Virus record (IMG/VR): IMGVR_UViG_3300022218_000004
Location: 1-42,129 of that record
Direction: 5' to 3' (one strand)
DNA from: a virus
Lineage: Duplodnaviria; Caudoviricetes
DNA: 42,129 nucleotides
A program made the position numbers and the translations under genes. Position 1 is the stretch's first letter, and each line of letters starts with the position of its first letter. The notes under the pieces are model-generated. The model was not told the DNA's origin. It was given only the letters and a program-made list of their open reading frames with translations, and made no database searches. Positions 26,747 through 36,203 of this stretch are shown here, one piece after another.

Positions 26747-28588
26747 ATGAAAACAACCCTACTATCAATCGATTTCAAAAACTGGCGCGGGCATACCGGC
26801 CTAATTGAATTCAATCCAGACCGAAACGTCTTTTCCGGCCCAAATGGATCAGGAAAAACCCGCATCCCTGATGCCGTTTCATGGTGCCTGACCGGGAAAG
26901 ATACCAAAGGAAAAGCAGACAGCGAAATAAAGTCCATTGTGGATGGTGCGCCGGTTCAAAAGTCTGAACATTTAATAGTTTTGACCTATGATATTGACGG
27001 CCTGCCGCGAGTGTTTAGCCGTTGTTATTACGAGAAGTGGAGCCGGAAACGCGGAGCCGCAGACCAGACAAAAGATGGAAATCAAACCAAGTTTACTGTT
27101 GATGGAATCGAAGTCACGAAAACGAAGTACAACCAGGCAATCGAATCGACTTTCGGCCCGAACTACTTTTTATGTTCTGACCTGTCAGCTGTGACCGGGA
27201 TGGAATGGAAAAAGAGAAGGGAACTGTTGATTTCAATGGTAGGAATTGAAAGCGTTGAATTTGTCATTGAACCCGGTTCAGACTTTGAAAAGCTGTTGAA
27301 TGGCAGGACGGTTGCAGATGCCAAAACCCAAGCCGACCAGCGAAAGAAAACCCTGAAAAAAAGCATTGTGGAAACCAACGCAGCGCTGGAAGAAAGGCAA
27401 GCTGACGTTGATAAAGTTGGGGGGGTTGATTTTGAAAAGGCAAAACTCGACGTTGTGTTGTCTGAACGCGCATTATCCGAGGCGATGGTTGCAATCGAAA
27501 AAGCAAAGGGCGGCGACCAGTCGGGGAACATTGAGAAGTTGAGAAAACTCAATGATGATCTGGTAAAAGCAGAATACAAATTTGAAGATCAAAAGACCGA
27601 GGCCAGCAGGCAAAAATCAAAGAATAAAAACAGGATTATTTCTATTGAAGATGATCTCAAAAACGACCGCGAAAACCTCAAAGATCACCAAGAGGAGCGG
27701 GAAAAGTTGCTTTCTGAGTATCATAGAATCAAGGCGTCAACGGCCGAAAATATCGACGGAATTTGCAAAGAGTGCGGGCAGGCATTGCCGGAGAACACGC
27801 TTCATTTAATGGCTGAGAATTTCAACCGCGACAAGTCTGAAAAGTTAGAGTTCAACATGACACGCGGGAAAGAAATCAAAGCCGAGATTCAGCGCATTGA
27901 GGGGATTATTCAGGCCAAAGAAAAAGAGCTTTCCGAACTGCAAGCCGTCGAACCTGACCCGATTTTAAAGCAGGAATCAACGCCGGAGATTGAAAAAATA
28001 AAAACTGATCTTGGTCGTATAAAAATGTCGATGGATGGGGTGCAGGAAATCCCGGCAGAACTAACAGCAACCCTCGAAGCCTGCGAAACACGTTTAAAAC
28101 AAGCACAGGAAACCCGCGCAGCGGTCAAGGCCAGTGCTGATTCAGTTCAACGTCTTGAAGACCTGAAGACCAAAAAAGCGGAACTGTCAGCGGAAAACGA
28201 CAGGATCGAAAAGTTTCTTTCCCTGCATCAACAGTACGAACAAGCCCTCGCAGACGCAATTGAAAAGCCGGTCAACGATATGTTTCAGACCGCTTATTTC
28301 AAGATGTTCGATACGCTGGAAAAGGCAGATGAAGACGGCAATTTTAAACAGGTCCCGGCTTGTATTGTGATGGATAAGGACCGGCGGCCGTTTGATACTG
28401 CTTTGTCGAATGGTGAGCGCATTCAGCTTCAATTGGATGTTGCCAGAGTAATGCAGAAACATTTTGATATTTACGCGCCGATATTCGTTGATAATGCCGA
28501 GGCGCTCACGCCGTATATTAAAATGGATTGTCAGGTAATTGAATTACGGCATAATGCCGAGCTAGAAACCTTAACAAAAGAGGTATGA
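26747..28588 (+). CDS. SbcC/Rad50-like AAA ATPase
   Basis: Walker A GPNGSGKT; coiled coils with CKECGQ zinc hook; signature LSNGE; Walker B IFVDNAE. Confidence 0.92.
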   Translation: MKTTLLSIDFKNWRGHTGLIEFNPDRNVFSGPNGSGKTRIPDAVSWCLTGKDTKGKADSEIKSIVDGAPVQKSEHLIVLTYDIDGLPRVFSRCYYEKWSRKRGAADQTKDGNQTKFTVDGIEVTKTKYNQAIESTFGPNYFLCSDLSAVTGMEWKKRRELLISMVGIESVEFVIEPGSDFEKLLNGRTVADAKTQADQRKKTLKKSIVETNAALEERQADVDKVGGVDFEKAKLDVVLSERALSEAMVAIEKAKGGDQSGNIEKLRKLNDDLVKAEYKFEDQKTEASRQKSKNKNRIISIEDDLKNDRENLKDHQEEREKLLSEYHRIKASTAENIDGICKECGQALPENTLHLMAENFNRDKSEKLEFNMTRGKEIKAEIQRIEGIIQAKEKELSELQAVEPDPILKQESTPEIEKIKTDLGRIKMSMDGVQEIPAELTATLEACETRLKQAQETRAAVKASADSVQRLEDLKTKKAELSAENDRIEKFLSLHQQYEQALADAIEKPVNDMFQTAYFKMFDTLEKADEDGNFKQVPACIVMDKDRRPFDTALSNGERIQLQLDVARVMQKHFDIYAPIFVDNAEALTPYIKMDCQVIELRHNAELETLTKEV

Positions 28589-28902
28589 TGAAATTTACAA
28601 AAATCAGGCGGCTAATTTCAGACGCGAATGATTGTTCAAATATTCAGCTTGAGGGCGAGATTGAAGAGGGCGAAACGCTTGAAGATGCCGATTTTATTTT
28701 AAGAACCAGATTGTCATCCATGATAAGGGACGACAACGAAAGGCGCTTTTTGTGCTCTGAAACTAATCAACTAAACCGCCAAAAGAAAGAGCTAACCCAC
28801 GATTGCGATAAGCTTAGAGATGCAATCAAGGAGCGCCGGGAATTTTTGGAAAAGAACGGGGTTCAGGTTGATGAATTTTTATATTCGGACATTCCATTTT
28901 AA
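28585..28902 (+). CDS. Coiled-coil protein with an SSB-like C-terminus (SDIPF)
   Basis: ATGA-coupled ORF ending YSDIPF. Confidence 0.65.
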   Translation: MMKFTKIRRLISDANDCSNIQLEGEIEEGETLEDADFILRTRLSSMIRDDNERRFLCSETNQLNRQKKELTHDCDKLRDAIKERREFLEKNGVQVDEFLYSDIPF

Positions 28903-28917
28903 AGGAGATTTAAAACC

Positions 28918-29109
28918 ATGTCACAAAAGACAATCAAGGTTCATGCTGATTTGTCGAAAGAATACATGTATAACACGGCAATCGAAAACGGTCTGTCTGA
29001 AAAGGCCGCCGATTATTTCAAGTATTTTAATGAGGTCGAAGTTACTTTGACCGTTAATCAAGAAACAGGCGAAGTTTTAAGCGCCGAAGGTCCAGGAGAA
29101 TACACATGA
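28918..29109 (+). CDS. Hypothetical protein
   Basis: AAGGAG RBS; overlaps the recT start. Confidence 0.65.
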   Translation: MSQKTIKVHADLSKEYMYNTAIENGLSEKAADYFKYFNEVEVTLTVNQETGEVLSAEGPGEYT

Positions 29110-29939
29110 GCAAAGCATTACAAAAAAACCCAGTCAGCACATTGAAAGAAATCGTTAGCGCCGAATCAGTCAAGAAACGCCTCGACGATGTATGGGGCGA
29201 TAACGCCGGGGCCTTTGCGGTTTCCATCATTGATTTATACTCATCAGACACATATCTTCAAGGCTGCGACCCTGGGTTAGTTGTCGCGGAATGCATGAAG
29301 GCCGCAAGCCTGAAACTTGCCGTTACCAAGTCACTCGGACAGGCTTATGTTGTCCCTTTCAAAAACAAAGGGGTTCTGACTCCGACCTTTATTTTGGGGT
29401 ATCGAGGCATGATTCAACTGGCTTTAAGGTCAAATCAATTTCAGGTTTTGAACGCCGACGTAGTTTATAAAGGCGAGATAGTCGAAGTTGATCGGCTTTC
29501 AGGGTCCGTTAAAATATCAGGCACCAAAACAAGTGACAAGCCAATTGGCTATTTTGCTCACATGGTATTGACAAACGGTTTCACAAAAACGATTTACTGG
29601 ACGCATGGCGAAGTTATCGCCCACGCGAAAAAGTACTCGAAGTCATTTAATAATAAATCGAGCGCGTGGACGACAAACACGCCTGATATGTGCATCAAAA
29701 CCGTCGTTCGTCAGTTGCTTGGAAAGTGGGCACCTATGTCCATCGATTTTATCGGCGGCGAAGGTGACGACGAAATCCAGCCGGATCCGATTGACATCAC
29801 ACCGGATGAGCCCGAAAAGCCAAAGGCCAAAAAGCAACTGAAGCCGGAGCCGAAAAAGGACGACAAAGGGAACGAGATAATTGATGTTGATCCAGAAACC
29901 GGGAAACCGGAAGAGGGCGAAGAGCCTGACCCTTATTAA
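29106..29939 (+). CDS. recT: RecT-family single-strand annealing recombinase
   Basis: LGQAYVVPF, FILGYRGMIQLALRS, IGYFAH, W.T..PDMCIKTVVRQLL.KWAPMS. Confidence 0.93.
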   Translation: MSKALQKNPVSTLKEIVSAESVKKRLDDVWGDNAGAFAVSIIDLYSSDTYLQGCDPGLVVAECMKAASLKLAVTKSLGQAYVVPFKNKGVLTPTFILGYRGMIQLALRSNQFQVLNADVVYKGEIVEVDRLSGSVKISGTKTSDKPIGYFAHMVLTNGFTKTIYWTHGEVIAHAKKYSKSFNNKSSAWTTNTPDMCIKTVVRQLLGKWAPMSIDFIGGEGDDEIQPDPIDITPDEPEKPKAKKQLKPEPKKDDKGNEIIDVDPETGKPEEGEEPDPY

Positions 29940-29946
29940 CCAACCA

Positions 29947-29960
29947 GGGGCGCAAGCCCC
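29947..29960 (+). other. GNRA hairpin between recT and the exonuclease gene
   Basis: GGGGC-GCAA-GCCCC with no T tail. Confidence 0.5.
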
Positions 29961-29976
29961 ATAAAACAGGGAGATT

Positions 29977-30663
29977 ATGAAAAAGATAACATTTTACGAC
30001 ACGGAAACAACCGGCTTGCCAGTTTGGAAAGAGCCGTCAGGCGGCGAAAATCAACCGCACCTTGTCCAGCTTTCAGCGATTCAATGCGATTTTGATACCA
30101 GGGAGATACTGCAAAGGATTGACTTGATTGTCAGGCCGAATGGATGGGAGATCCCGCAAGAGGTCGTTGAGATTCACGGTATATCAACAGAAAAGGCATT
30201 ATCGTGTGGTATTCCTGAAATTGAGGTCTTAAGTATGATGCTGAGAATCTGCGAAGATTCAATTCGGGTCGCCCACAACAGAACATTTGACCAAAGGATT
30301 ATCAGAATCGGACTGAAGAGGTACGAATTTGAAGATTCACTGATTGAGCGTTGGGCCGACAAAGAAACCCACGAATGCACAATGCTGAAAGCCAAGCCTA
30401 TCATGAAGCTACCGCCAAAAGGTAAATGGGGATGGAAAAACCCGAAACTTGAAGAGGCTTACAAGTTCTTTTGCGGCCTGGAATTGGGAGACAAGGCACA
30501 TTCATCCATTTATGACACTGAGGCTTGTATGGCTATTTATTGGGCTATGTTGGATTATGTTGAGCCTGAAAAGGTTGAAAATCCTTGTGTTGAATGTGGC
30601 AAGGAATGGAACACCGCTGACGGTGATTCCTGCCCACATTGCGGAAACGTCATTCCATTTTAA
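29977..30663 (+). CDS. DEDDh 3'-5' exonuclease (DnaQ-like) with C-terminal Zn ribbon
   Basis: YDTETTG, VAHN..FD, PKLEE, AHSSIYD; CVECG...CPHCG; ends IPF. Confidence 0.92.
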   Translation: MKKITFYDTETTGLPVWKEPSGGENQPHLVQLSAIQCDFDTREILQRIDLIVRPNGWEIPQEVVEIHGISTEKALSCGIPEIEVLSMMLRICEDSIRVAHNRTFDQRIIRIGLKRYEFEDSLIERWADKETHECTMLKAKPIMKLPPKGKWGWKNPKLEEAYKFFCGLELGDKAHSSIYDTEACMAIYWAMLDYVEPEKVENPCVECGKEWNTADGDSCPHCGNVIPF

Positions 30664-30666
30664 GCC

Positions 30667-31383
30667 ATGAATATAATTTCGATAAACTCAAGCTCAGAGG
30701 GAAACGCCCACTTAATAGAGAGTGGGGGTTTCCATCTCCTTTTAGATTGCGGCGTCCCTCTATCCAGAATCAGAGAGGCGCTCGACTATAAGCTTGAAAA
30801 TGTGGTCGGGTGTTTGGTGAGTCATTTACATGGTGATCATGCAAGCGGGTTGCCTCAACTGGAAAGGGAAACTTCGATTCCTATTTATTGCACTGAAGGC
30901 ACCTTAAAACGATTTGAATTGTCTGGAAGGTATCAGCGCATAGATCATAAAGTTGTTTTTAATTGTGGCCCTGAATTTCAGGTAGTACCGTTCGAATTAG
31001 AACACGACAAAGAGCCGTTTTGTGAATGTTTTGGTTTTATGGTCTGCAACAGGACACGGCAAAGATATCAAAAGCGGTTGCTTTATATTACAGACGCCGG
31101 TTTTGTTCCAGAAAATTACCGGTTCCCTCATATCCATTACTTAATGATCGAAGCAAACTACTCCTTTGACCGCCTTGTCGATTCAGAAGTCAATGCGGCG
31201 GCCAGGAAAAGGATTGCAGAAACGCACCTTTCAATTTCGCAGGTCTGTGAGTTCGTCTCAAGACATCCTGATCTTAAAGAGATACACCTTTTACATTTAT
31301 CTGATGGGCATAGCGACGCTATGGAGTTTAAAAGGATGGTGCAAGATATCGCTGCGGTGCCTGTTTATATTGCGGGGAAATGA
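30667..31383 (+). CDS. Metallo-beta-lactamase-fold nuclease
   Basis: SSSEGN, LLDCG, SHLHGDH, YITD, IEANY, HLS, LLHLS. Confidence 0.92.
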   Translation: MNIISINSSSEGNAHLIESGGFHLLLDCGVPLSRIREALDYKLENVVGCLVSHLHGDHASGLPQLERETSIPIYCTEGTLKRFELSGRYQRIDHKVVFNCGPEFQVVPFELEHDKEPFCECFGFMVCNRTRQRYQKRLLYITDAGFVPENYRFPHIHYLMIEANYSFDRLVDSEVNAAARKRIAETHLSISQVCEFVSRHPDLKEIHLLHLSDGHSDAMEFKRMVQDIAAVPVYIAGK

Positions 31384-31571
31384 TGATAGACACAAAATAT
31401 ATTGATAAATTTGTGACGGCTAAACTTGCCGGAAGTATTGAACCACGGCAGGGATGGGTTACAAATGCTTTCAAAGATGATATTTTTATTATCAAGGGGC
31501 AATCTGGAAACCTTTATGTGTGCGAAGGGACACCGGTAATCGTTGAGAATCCACCAAAAAGACCATGGTAA
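31380..31571 (+). CDS. Hypothetical protein
   Basis: ATGA-coupled small ORF. Confidence 0.55.
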   Translation: MMIDTKYIDKFVTAKLAGSIEPRQGWVTNAFKDDIFIIKGQSGNLYVCEGTPVIVENPPKRPW

Positions 31572-31875
31572 AATGAAACCCAAACACCACAAAGCAGGCC
31601 CAAATAAATACTGGATCCGTTGCCCCTATTGCGGCCGCTGGTTTAAATGGATCAAGCCAGAGCCACAAATAAGAGTCCCTTCTTATTGCTGGCGCTTAAG
31701 CTGTCAAAAGCAACGAGACAAGGAATATAATCATAGAATTTATTTAGAAAAAATTGAACTTAGAAAAAACTATGCCAAACGAAAAAATGAACTACGGAAT
31801 CAAAAGCTTTCAATATCCACCGGGAAACAGGCCGAGCGATTCGGCTGCGGTGAGAACAAAAAAGCCAAAGTTTGA
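31543..31875 (+). CDS. Small Cys-rich (Zn-finger) basic protein; real start likely a downstream ATG
   Basis: CPYCG...YCWRLSC. Confidence 0.55.
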   Translation: MRIHQKDHGKMKPKHHKAGPNKYWIRCPYCGRWFKWIKPEPQIRVPSYCWRLSCQKQRDKEYNHRIYLEKIELRKNYAKRKNELRNQKLSISTGKQAERFGCGENKKAKV

Positions 31876-31978
31876 CCCTGATCAGGATTATATTGATAGG
31901 GCGAAAGCTGAGTTTAAAAAGCGGGGTGGTAAGATTGTGAAGGTTGAGCGGGCTTTGTGGGATGCTTGGAAAAATTAG
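31772..31978 (+). CDS. SutA-RBD-like small protein, copy 1
   Basis: DQDYIDRAKAEFKKRGGKIVKVE. Confidence 0.55.
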   Translation: MPNEKMNYGIKSFQYPPGNRPSDSAAVRTKKPKFDPDQDYIDRAKAEFKKRGGKIVKVERALWDAWKN

Positions 31979-31989
31979 TAAATTATTTA

Positions 31990-32018
31990 TTGACAATATC
32001 ATTAAAACTATATAGGTT
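31990..32018 (+). promoter_or_regulatory. Promoter of the replication operon (probably a leaderless transcript)
   Basis: TTGACA 31990-31995, 17-bp spacer, TAGGTT 32013-32018; ATG at 32026. Confidence 0.65.
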
Positions 32019-32025
32019 AGTACAC

Positions 32026-32160
32026 ATGAAAACAATTAAACAATTAAAATGTACTCGCTGTGATTGGGAATGGTTTCCCAGGACAACGAAAGAGCCGAAG
32101 CATTGTCCTAAGTGTAATTCTCCATATTGGAACAAGCCGCGAAAGGAAAAGAAAAAATGA
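32026..32160 (+). CDS. 44-aa zinc-finger protein
   Basis: CTRCDWEWFPR...PKHCPKCNSPYW; its stop overlaps the rep ATG. Confidence 0.75.
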   Translation: MKTIKQLKCTRCDWEWFPRTTKEPKHCPKCNSPYWNKPRKEKKK

Positions 32161-32864
32161 CAGAAAAAATTCCAGGCGGTTATTATCTGAAAGCCAGGAT
32201 TATCACAAAAAAGCCGATATCTAAAGCGCCTCCGCATATTAGGGAAATATGGGATTATTGCTTAAGAGAGGCAAACCATAAGGATCAAACTTACGGCCAA
32301 TATACAGTTAAAAGGGGTCAATTGTTTCGGACTTACAAAGATATTTTGGATGGTTTAAGCTGGTTTGTTGGGTGGCGAAAAATGACATACAACGAAAACC
32401 ACATGAAGACCGCAATGGTGTATCTAAGGAAACATCTAATGATCACTACAAAGAAACAACTTGGCGGCGTACTGATAACTGTAATAAATTACGATACTTA
32501 CCAGACTGCAAAAAACTACGAAGCAACTAGCGAAACAACTACGAAAGAACCAACGAAACCACCAAAGAATCAACCATCCCCTCCCGACAATAACAAGAAT
32601 GATAAGAAGAAAGAAAAGAATAATACTATAACAAAACCCGAATCCGTAACCGATCAAACCTGGAGTGATTTTTTAAAACACCGTAAAGACAAAAAAGCGC
32701 CTATCACCAAAACAGTGATTAACACATTTTTAAAAGAGTCCAAAAAGGCTGGAATGTCACTTGAAGATGCTTTAATTGAATCTATATCCAGGGGATGGAG
32801 AGGATTTAAGGCGGAATGGGTTAATAAAAATCAATCAGGTAGTGGAAATTATGACTACCTATAA
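32157..32864 (+). CDS. Replication initiator (lambda O-like architecture)
   Basis: GGYYLKAR..., VKRGQLF, ITVINYDTYQ; low-complexity linker; C-terminal W.DF..HRK.KKAP.T...SISRGWRGFKAEW. Confidence 0.85.
   Translation: MTEKIPGGYYLKARIITKKPISKAPPHIREIWDYCLREANHKDQTYGQYTVKRGQLFRTYKDILDGLSWFVGWRKMTYNENHMKTAMVYLRKHLMITTKKQLGGVLITVINYDTYQTAKNYEATSETTTKEPTKPPKNQPSPPDNNKNDKKKEKNNTITKPESVTDQTWSDFLKHRKDKKAPITKTVINTFLKESKKAGMSLEDALIESISRGWRGFKAEWVNKNQSGSGNYDYL
32514..32630. repeat. Putative origin inside the initiator gene (degenerate iterons plus A-rich tract)
   Basis: AACTACGAA (32514, 32537), AACTAGCGAA (32525) and AACCAACGAA (32548) at ~11-12 bp spacing, then an A-rich strand-asymmetric tract. Confidence 0.6.
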
Positions 32865-34566
32865 ATTTTCTGATTACGGGATCATAGTCGACAATGGAAG
32901 AGATCAGCAAAGAGTTAGTTGTCCTGAGTGTACACCATACAGGCAGAAAAAAAACATTAAAGATTTAGCTGTAAATATCAAAGAGGGGATTTGGCTTTGT
33001 CACCATTGCGGCTGGAAAGGATCTTTAAAACTTAATCGGATTGAACAGGAAATGAAACCACAAAAAAAAGTCTACAAAAAACCTGCAAAGATTCTTTCTT
33101 ATGATCTGCCTGAAAATGTGCTTAAATATTGGGGTACCAGAGGCATTTCCTACAACACGCTTAAAAAGTGCGGGGTAACGTTTGAGCGGTCCTGGATGCC
33201 ACAAACCGAAAAGGAAGAGAATTGCACCGTTTTTAATTACTGGCTAAACGGCGAATTAATCAATAAAAAATACCGCACAGGGAAGAAACACCATAAACTT
33301 GCAAAGGACGCGAAACTTGTTTTTTATGCACCAATGGCAAAACAAAAACATTCGTACTCAGGCGATCTTTATATCACAGAGGGAGAGCCCGACTGTTTAT
33401 CAATGATTGAATTAGGATTTGATAACACAATATCCCCACCGAATGGAGCCCCGCCGGAAAACGTCGACATTAAATCACAAGATTTTTCTTACATGGATTC
33501 ATTAATTGAAATCATGCCGAAATACGACCGGGTTTTTCTTGTAATGGATACCGACGGAGTCGGGGCAAGGTTCAGGGACGAGATAGCCAGGAGAATCGGG
33601 TTAGAGCGTTGTTTTCGTGCTGAATATCCAGAAGGGTGTAAGGATATTAACGACGTTTTGGTTAAGTTTGGAAGCATAAAAGCAACTGAGATTATAAGAA
33701 ATTGCAAGCCGTACCCAATAGAGGGGAAGTTTGATGTTTCAGACTTCATGGATGATATTGGGAACCTGTACGAAAATGGATTCGAAAAAGGTAGTTCAAT
33801 CGGTTGGGATTCAATTGATAAATTATATACGGTAAGGCCGAAAGAATTCACGATTATCACCGGGATCCCTTCACATGGAAAAAGCTCTTTCCTTGATCAC
33901 ACATTGGTTAATTTGGCAAAAAATAAGGGGTGGAAATTTGGGATTTTTAGTCCTGAAAACTTCCCGTTTGCTCGCCACGTTGCAAAACTATCTGAAATCT
34001 ATATCGGCAAGCCATTCGATAAGCACTACTCCGGGTATATGTCAAAAGAGGAGCTAACAAGAGCCGTCGGTTTCTGTAATGATCATTTCCATTTTATCAT
34101 GCCGAATGAAGATGATAACCAAACACTGGATAAAATTCTCGATCTTGCGAAGGCTTCAATATTTAAGGATGGAATTAACGGCCTAATAATAGACCCATGG
34201 AACGAGATCGAGCACAAAATGGGAAAGGGTGAAATGGAAACGAATTATATTTCGAAATCACTTTCGAAGATCAGAAGGTTTTGCCGTGTAAACAATATTC
34301 ATGTCTGGATCGTGGCACACCCTACAAAACTAGTTAAAATCCAAGCAGGGGACAAAAAAGGACAATACCCCGTCCCGACTCCTTATGATATATCAGGCGG
34401 GGCGCACTGGCGGAATAAAGCTGATAATTGCGTCTGCATACATTTGGATTTCGAGACAAAAATAACAACTTTCTTTTCTCAAAAAGTAAGATTCAAAGAG
34501 GTCGGGAAAGTTGGAAACACTGACCTAAAATTCAATATTGCAAACGGTAGATATGCGGAAGTATAA
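32851..34566 (+). CDS. Bifunctional primase-helicase (T7 gp4/Twinkle-like)
   Basis: Zn finger CPEC...CHHCGWKG; TOPRIM ITEGEPD, MDTDGVG, KDIND; helicase TGIPSHGKS, IIDPWN, VAHP, ISGGAHW. Confidence 0.95.
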   Translation: MTTYKFSDYGIIVDNGRDQQRVSCPECTPYRQKKNIKDLAVNIKEGIWLCHHCGWKGSLKLNRIEQEMKPQKKVYKKPAKILSYDLPENVLKYWGTRGISYNTLKKCGVTFERSWMPQTEKEENCTVFNYWLNGELINKKYRTGKKHHKLAKDAKLVFYAPMAKQKHSYSGDLYITEGEPDCLSMIELGFDNTISPPNGAPPENVDIKSQDFSYMDSLIEIMPKYDRVFLVMDTDGVGARFRDEIARRIGLERCFRAEYPEGCKDINDVLVKFGSIKATEIIRNCKPYPIEGKFDVSDFMDDIGNLYENGFEKGSSIGWDSIDKLYTVRPKEFTIITGIPSHGKSSFLDHTLVNLAKNKGWKFGIFSPENFPFARHVAKLSEIYIGKPFDKHYSGYMSKEELTRAVGFCNDHFHFIMPNEDDNQTLDKILDLAKASIFKDGINGLIIDPWNEIEHKMGKGEMETNYISKSLSKIRRFCRVNNIHVWIVAHPTKLVKIQAGDKKGQYPVPTPYDISGGAHWRNKADNCVCIHLDFETKITTFFSQKVRFKEVGKVGNTDLKFNIANGRYAEV

Positions 34567-34888
34567 CGAAAAGTTAAAGGATCCGCGCTGGCAGAAAAAG
34601 CGGTTAAAGATTCTTAAAAGGGACGGCTTCAAGTGTATGTGTTGTCTTAATAAAAAAGGAATGCTTCATGTTCATCACTTGTATTATATAAAGAATTACG
34701 AGCCGTGGGAAGCTCCTAACAATTCTTTATTGACGTTGTGTTCTGAATGTCACTGTAAGGCCGGGTTGATTGACTTCAAAAATCTATGGAAACGGCGCTT
34801 AAAATTAAGGCTGATGAAAAACCAAGCATGGATACCAAACCCTGTTTTATGGGTGTTTTTTGTAGTTTTTAAACTGAAACATATTTAA
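34553..34888 (+). CDS. HNH endonuclease
   Basis: LKDPRWQKKRLKILKRDGFKC..C...LHVHH..Y...LTLCSECH. Confidence 0.88.
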   Translation: MRKYNEKLKDPRWQKKRLKILKRDGFKCMCCLNKKGMLHVHHLYYIKNYEPWEAPNNSLLTLCSECHCKAGLIDFKNLWKRRLKLRLMKNQAWIPNPVLWVFFVVFKLKHI

Positions 34889-34898
34889 AAGGAGAAAC

Positions 34899-35534
34899 AT
34901 GATTTTAGACAGATTAGAAACATTATCAGCAATTTCATTCATCGAACCGGCTATCCCCAAAGGATCGGACAGCGGGAAAAACTGTCTCTTTGTCCGGGTT
35001 GATGGTGATAAACTGATTTTCACAGGCGGCGGCCAATTTGTGACAAAGAAAGCGGTTATGATTCGACCAACCACTACCGAAGAGTCAGCCAGGCCAGCGA
35101 AGGGCAAAAACCCGCCTGAAACTTTCATGATTCCCAGGGCCGATCTTTTCGCCTTCAAGGAGATGATGAAAGAACACAAGGCCGATTGCAAAAAGCTGGC
35201 AAAGAATGACGCCTCTTATCTTTTCGTTGAAATGGACGACACCGAGCTGATTTCATACGATGGGAAAATTGTTTATGAACAGCCGAAATATGAGTTTAAA
35301 GAACTGGAATCAGCTTTCGATATTGTGAAAGGTGGCGTTTCTGAAATTCCGGTTATATCTGCGGACGTCATTGCGGCTATGTCTGGATTTGGAAAATCGG
35401 AAGCGGTCGAGGTCACTTTCACCGGTCCTGGATCCATCATTCATTTTCAGCAAGGCGACTATGAAGCTGTAGTTATCCCGCCGGTTGAAACGATTGAAGA
35501 AAATGAAGGGGAACAGCTTGAAATTGAAGAATAA
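34899..35534 (+). CDS. Possible sliding-clamp (DNA pol III beta)-like protein
   Basis: VRVDGDKLIFTG, FMIPR..L, VEVTFTGPGSII..., AVVIP resemble beta-clamp domain strands. Confidence 0.4.
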   Translation: MILDRLETLSAISFIEPAIPKGSDSGKNCLFVRVDGDKLIFTGGGQFVTKKAVMIRPTTTEESARPAKGKNPPETFMIPRADLFAFKEMMKEHKADCKKLAKNDASYLFVEMDDTELISYDGKIVYEQPKYEFKELESAFDIVKGGVSEIPVISADVIAAMSGFGKSEAVEVTFTGPGSIIHFQQGDYEAVVIPPVETIEENEGEQLEIEE

Positions 35535-35994
35535 GGCCGGAAAACGGATAACATTTGATGATCTGATTCCAAGCACTCGGAACGAAGATCATTTTATGTT
35601 ATCCCAGGATAAAAAGACCGGACGGCCAAAGATCCGGAAAAAGAAATCGGCAGAGCCGAAACCCTATGAACTTCAATATCCGATGTTTTGGAGGTTGATT
35701 AGAGATAATCCGTCTATTCCGGACCCGGTCGAAGAGTTCAAGTTTCATCCCGTCAGAAAATGGCGGGTTGATATTTGTTGGCCTGATCAAAAATTAGCCC
35801 TTGAAATTGAGGGCGGTACTTTTATGAAGAAAGGCGGGCACCGGGGAAGCATTGGCGGTTATTTAAAGGATGTTGAAAAATACAACGCTCTTTCAATCCA
35901 GGGTTACAGCCTTTTAAGATTCACACCACAGCAAATGGAAAGCTGCGAGGCTTACGACTTTTTAAGAGAGTGGTTTAAAAATCGATCATTTTAA
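35485..35994 (+). CDS. PD-(D/E)XK endonuclease (Vsr/DUF559-like); start uncertain
   Basis: EFKFHPVRKWRVDICWPDQKLALEIEGG...D.EKYN...GYSLLRFT. Confidence 0.88.
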   Translation: MKRLKKMKGNSLKLKNKAGKRITFDDLIPSTRNEDHFMLSQDKKTGRPKIRKKKSAEPKPYELQYPMFWRLIRDNPSIPDPVEEFKFHPVRKWRVDICWPDQKLALEIEGGTFMKKGGHRGSIGGYLKDVEKYNALSIQGYSLLRFTPQQMESCEAYDFLREWFKNRSF

Positions 35995-36027
35995 CCGCCC
36001 ATTTACCAAAATCGATTAAAAAAACGC

Positions 36028-36060
36028 CGTTTTCAACCACGTTTTCAACCACGTTTTCAC
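36028..36060. repeat. 12-bp tandem repeat CGTTTTCAACCA (~2.8 copies)
   Basis: Units start at 36028, 36040 and 36052. Confidence 0.8.
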
Positions 36061-36187
36061 CATATTCGGCCATGAATCAGCCAGAATCAAATACACATAT
36101 CAAAATCGATTATTGTTCGATTATGGACGATAGGCTCGGGGCTCAATGTTTTAGGGGGTTTGAGGGTTATTTATTTTTGTTTGTTTT

Positions 36188-36203
36188 TGGCATGGAAAGC
36201 GCA
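36188..36203 (+). promoter_or_regulatory. Putative sigma54 (-24/-12) promoter
   Basis: TGGCATGGAAAGCGCA: GG at 36189-36190 and GC at 36201-36202, the canonical spacing. Confidence 0.55.
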
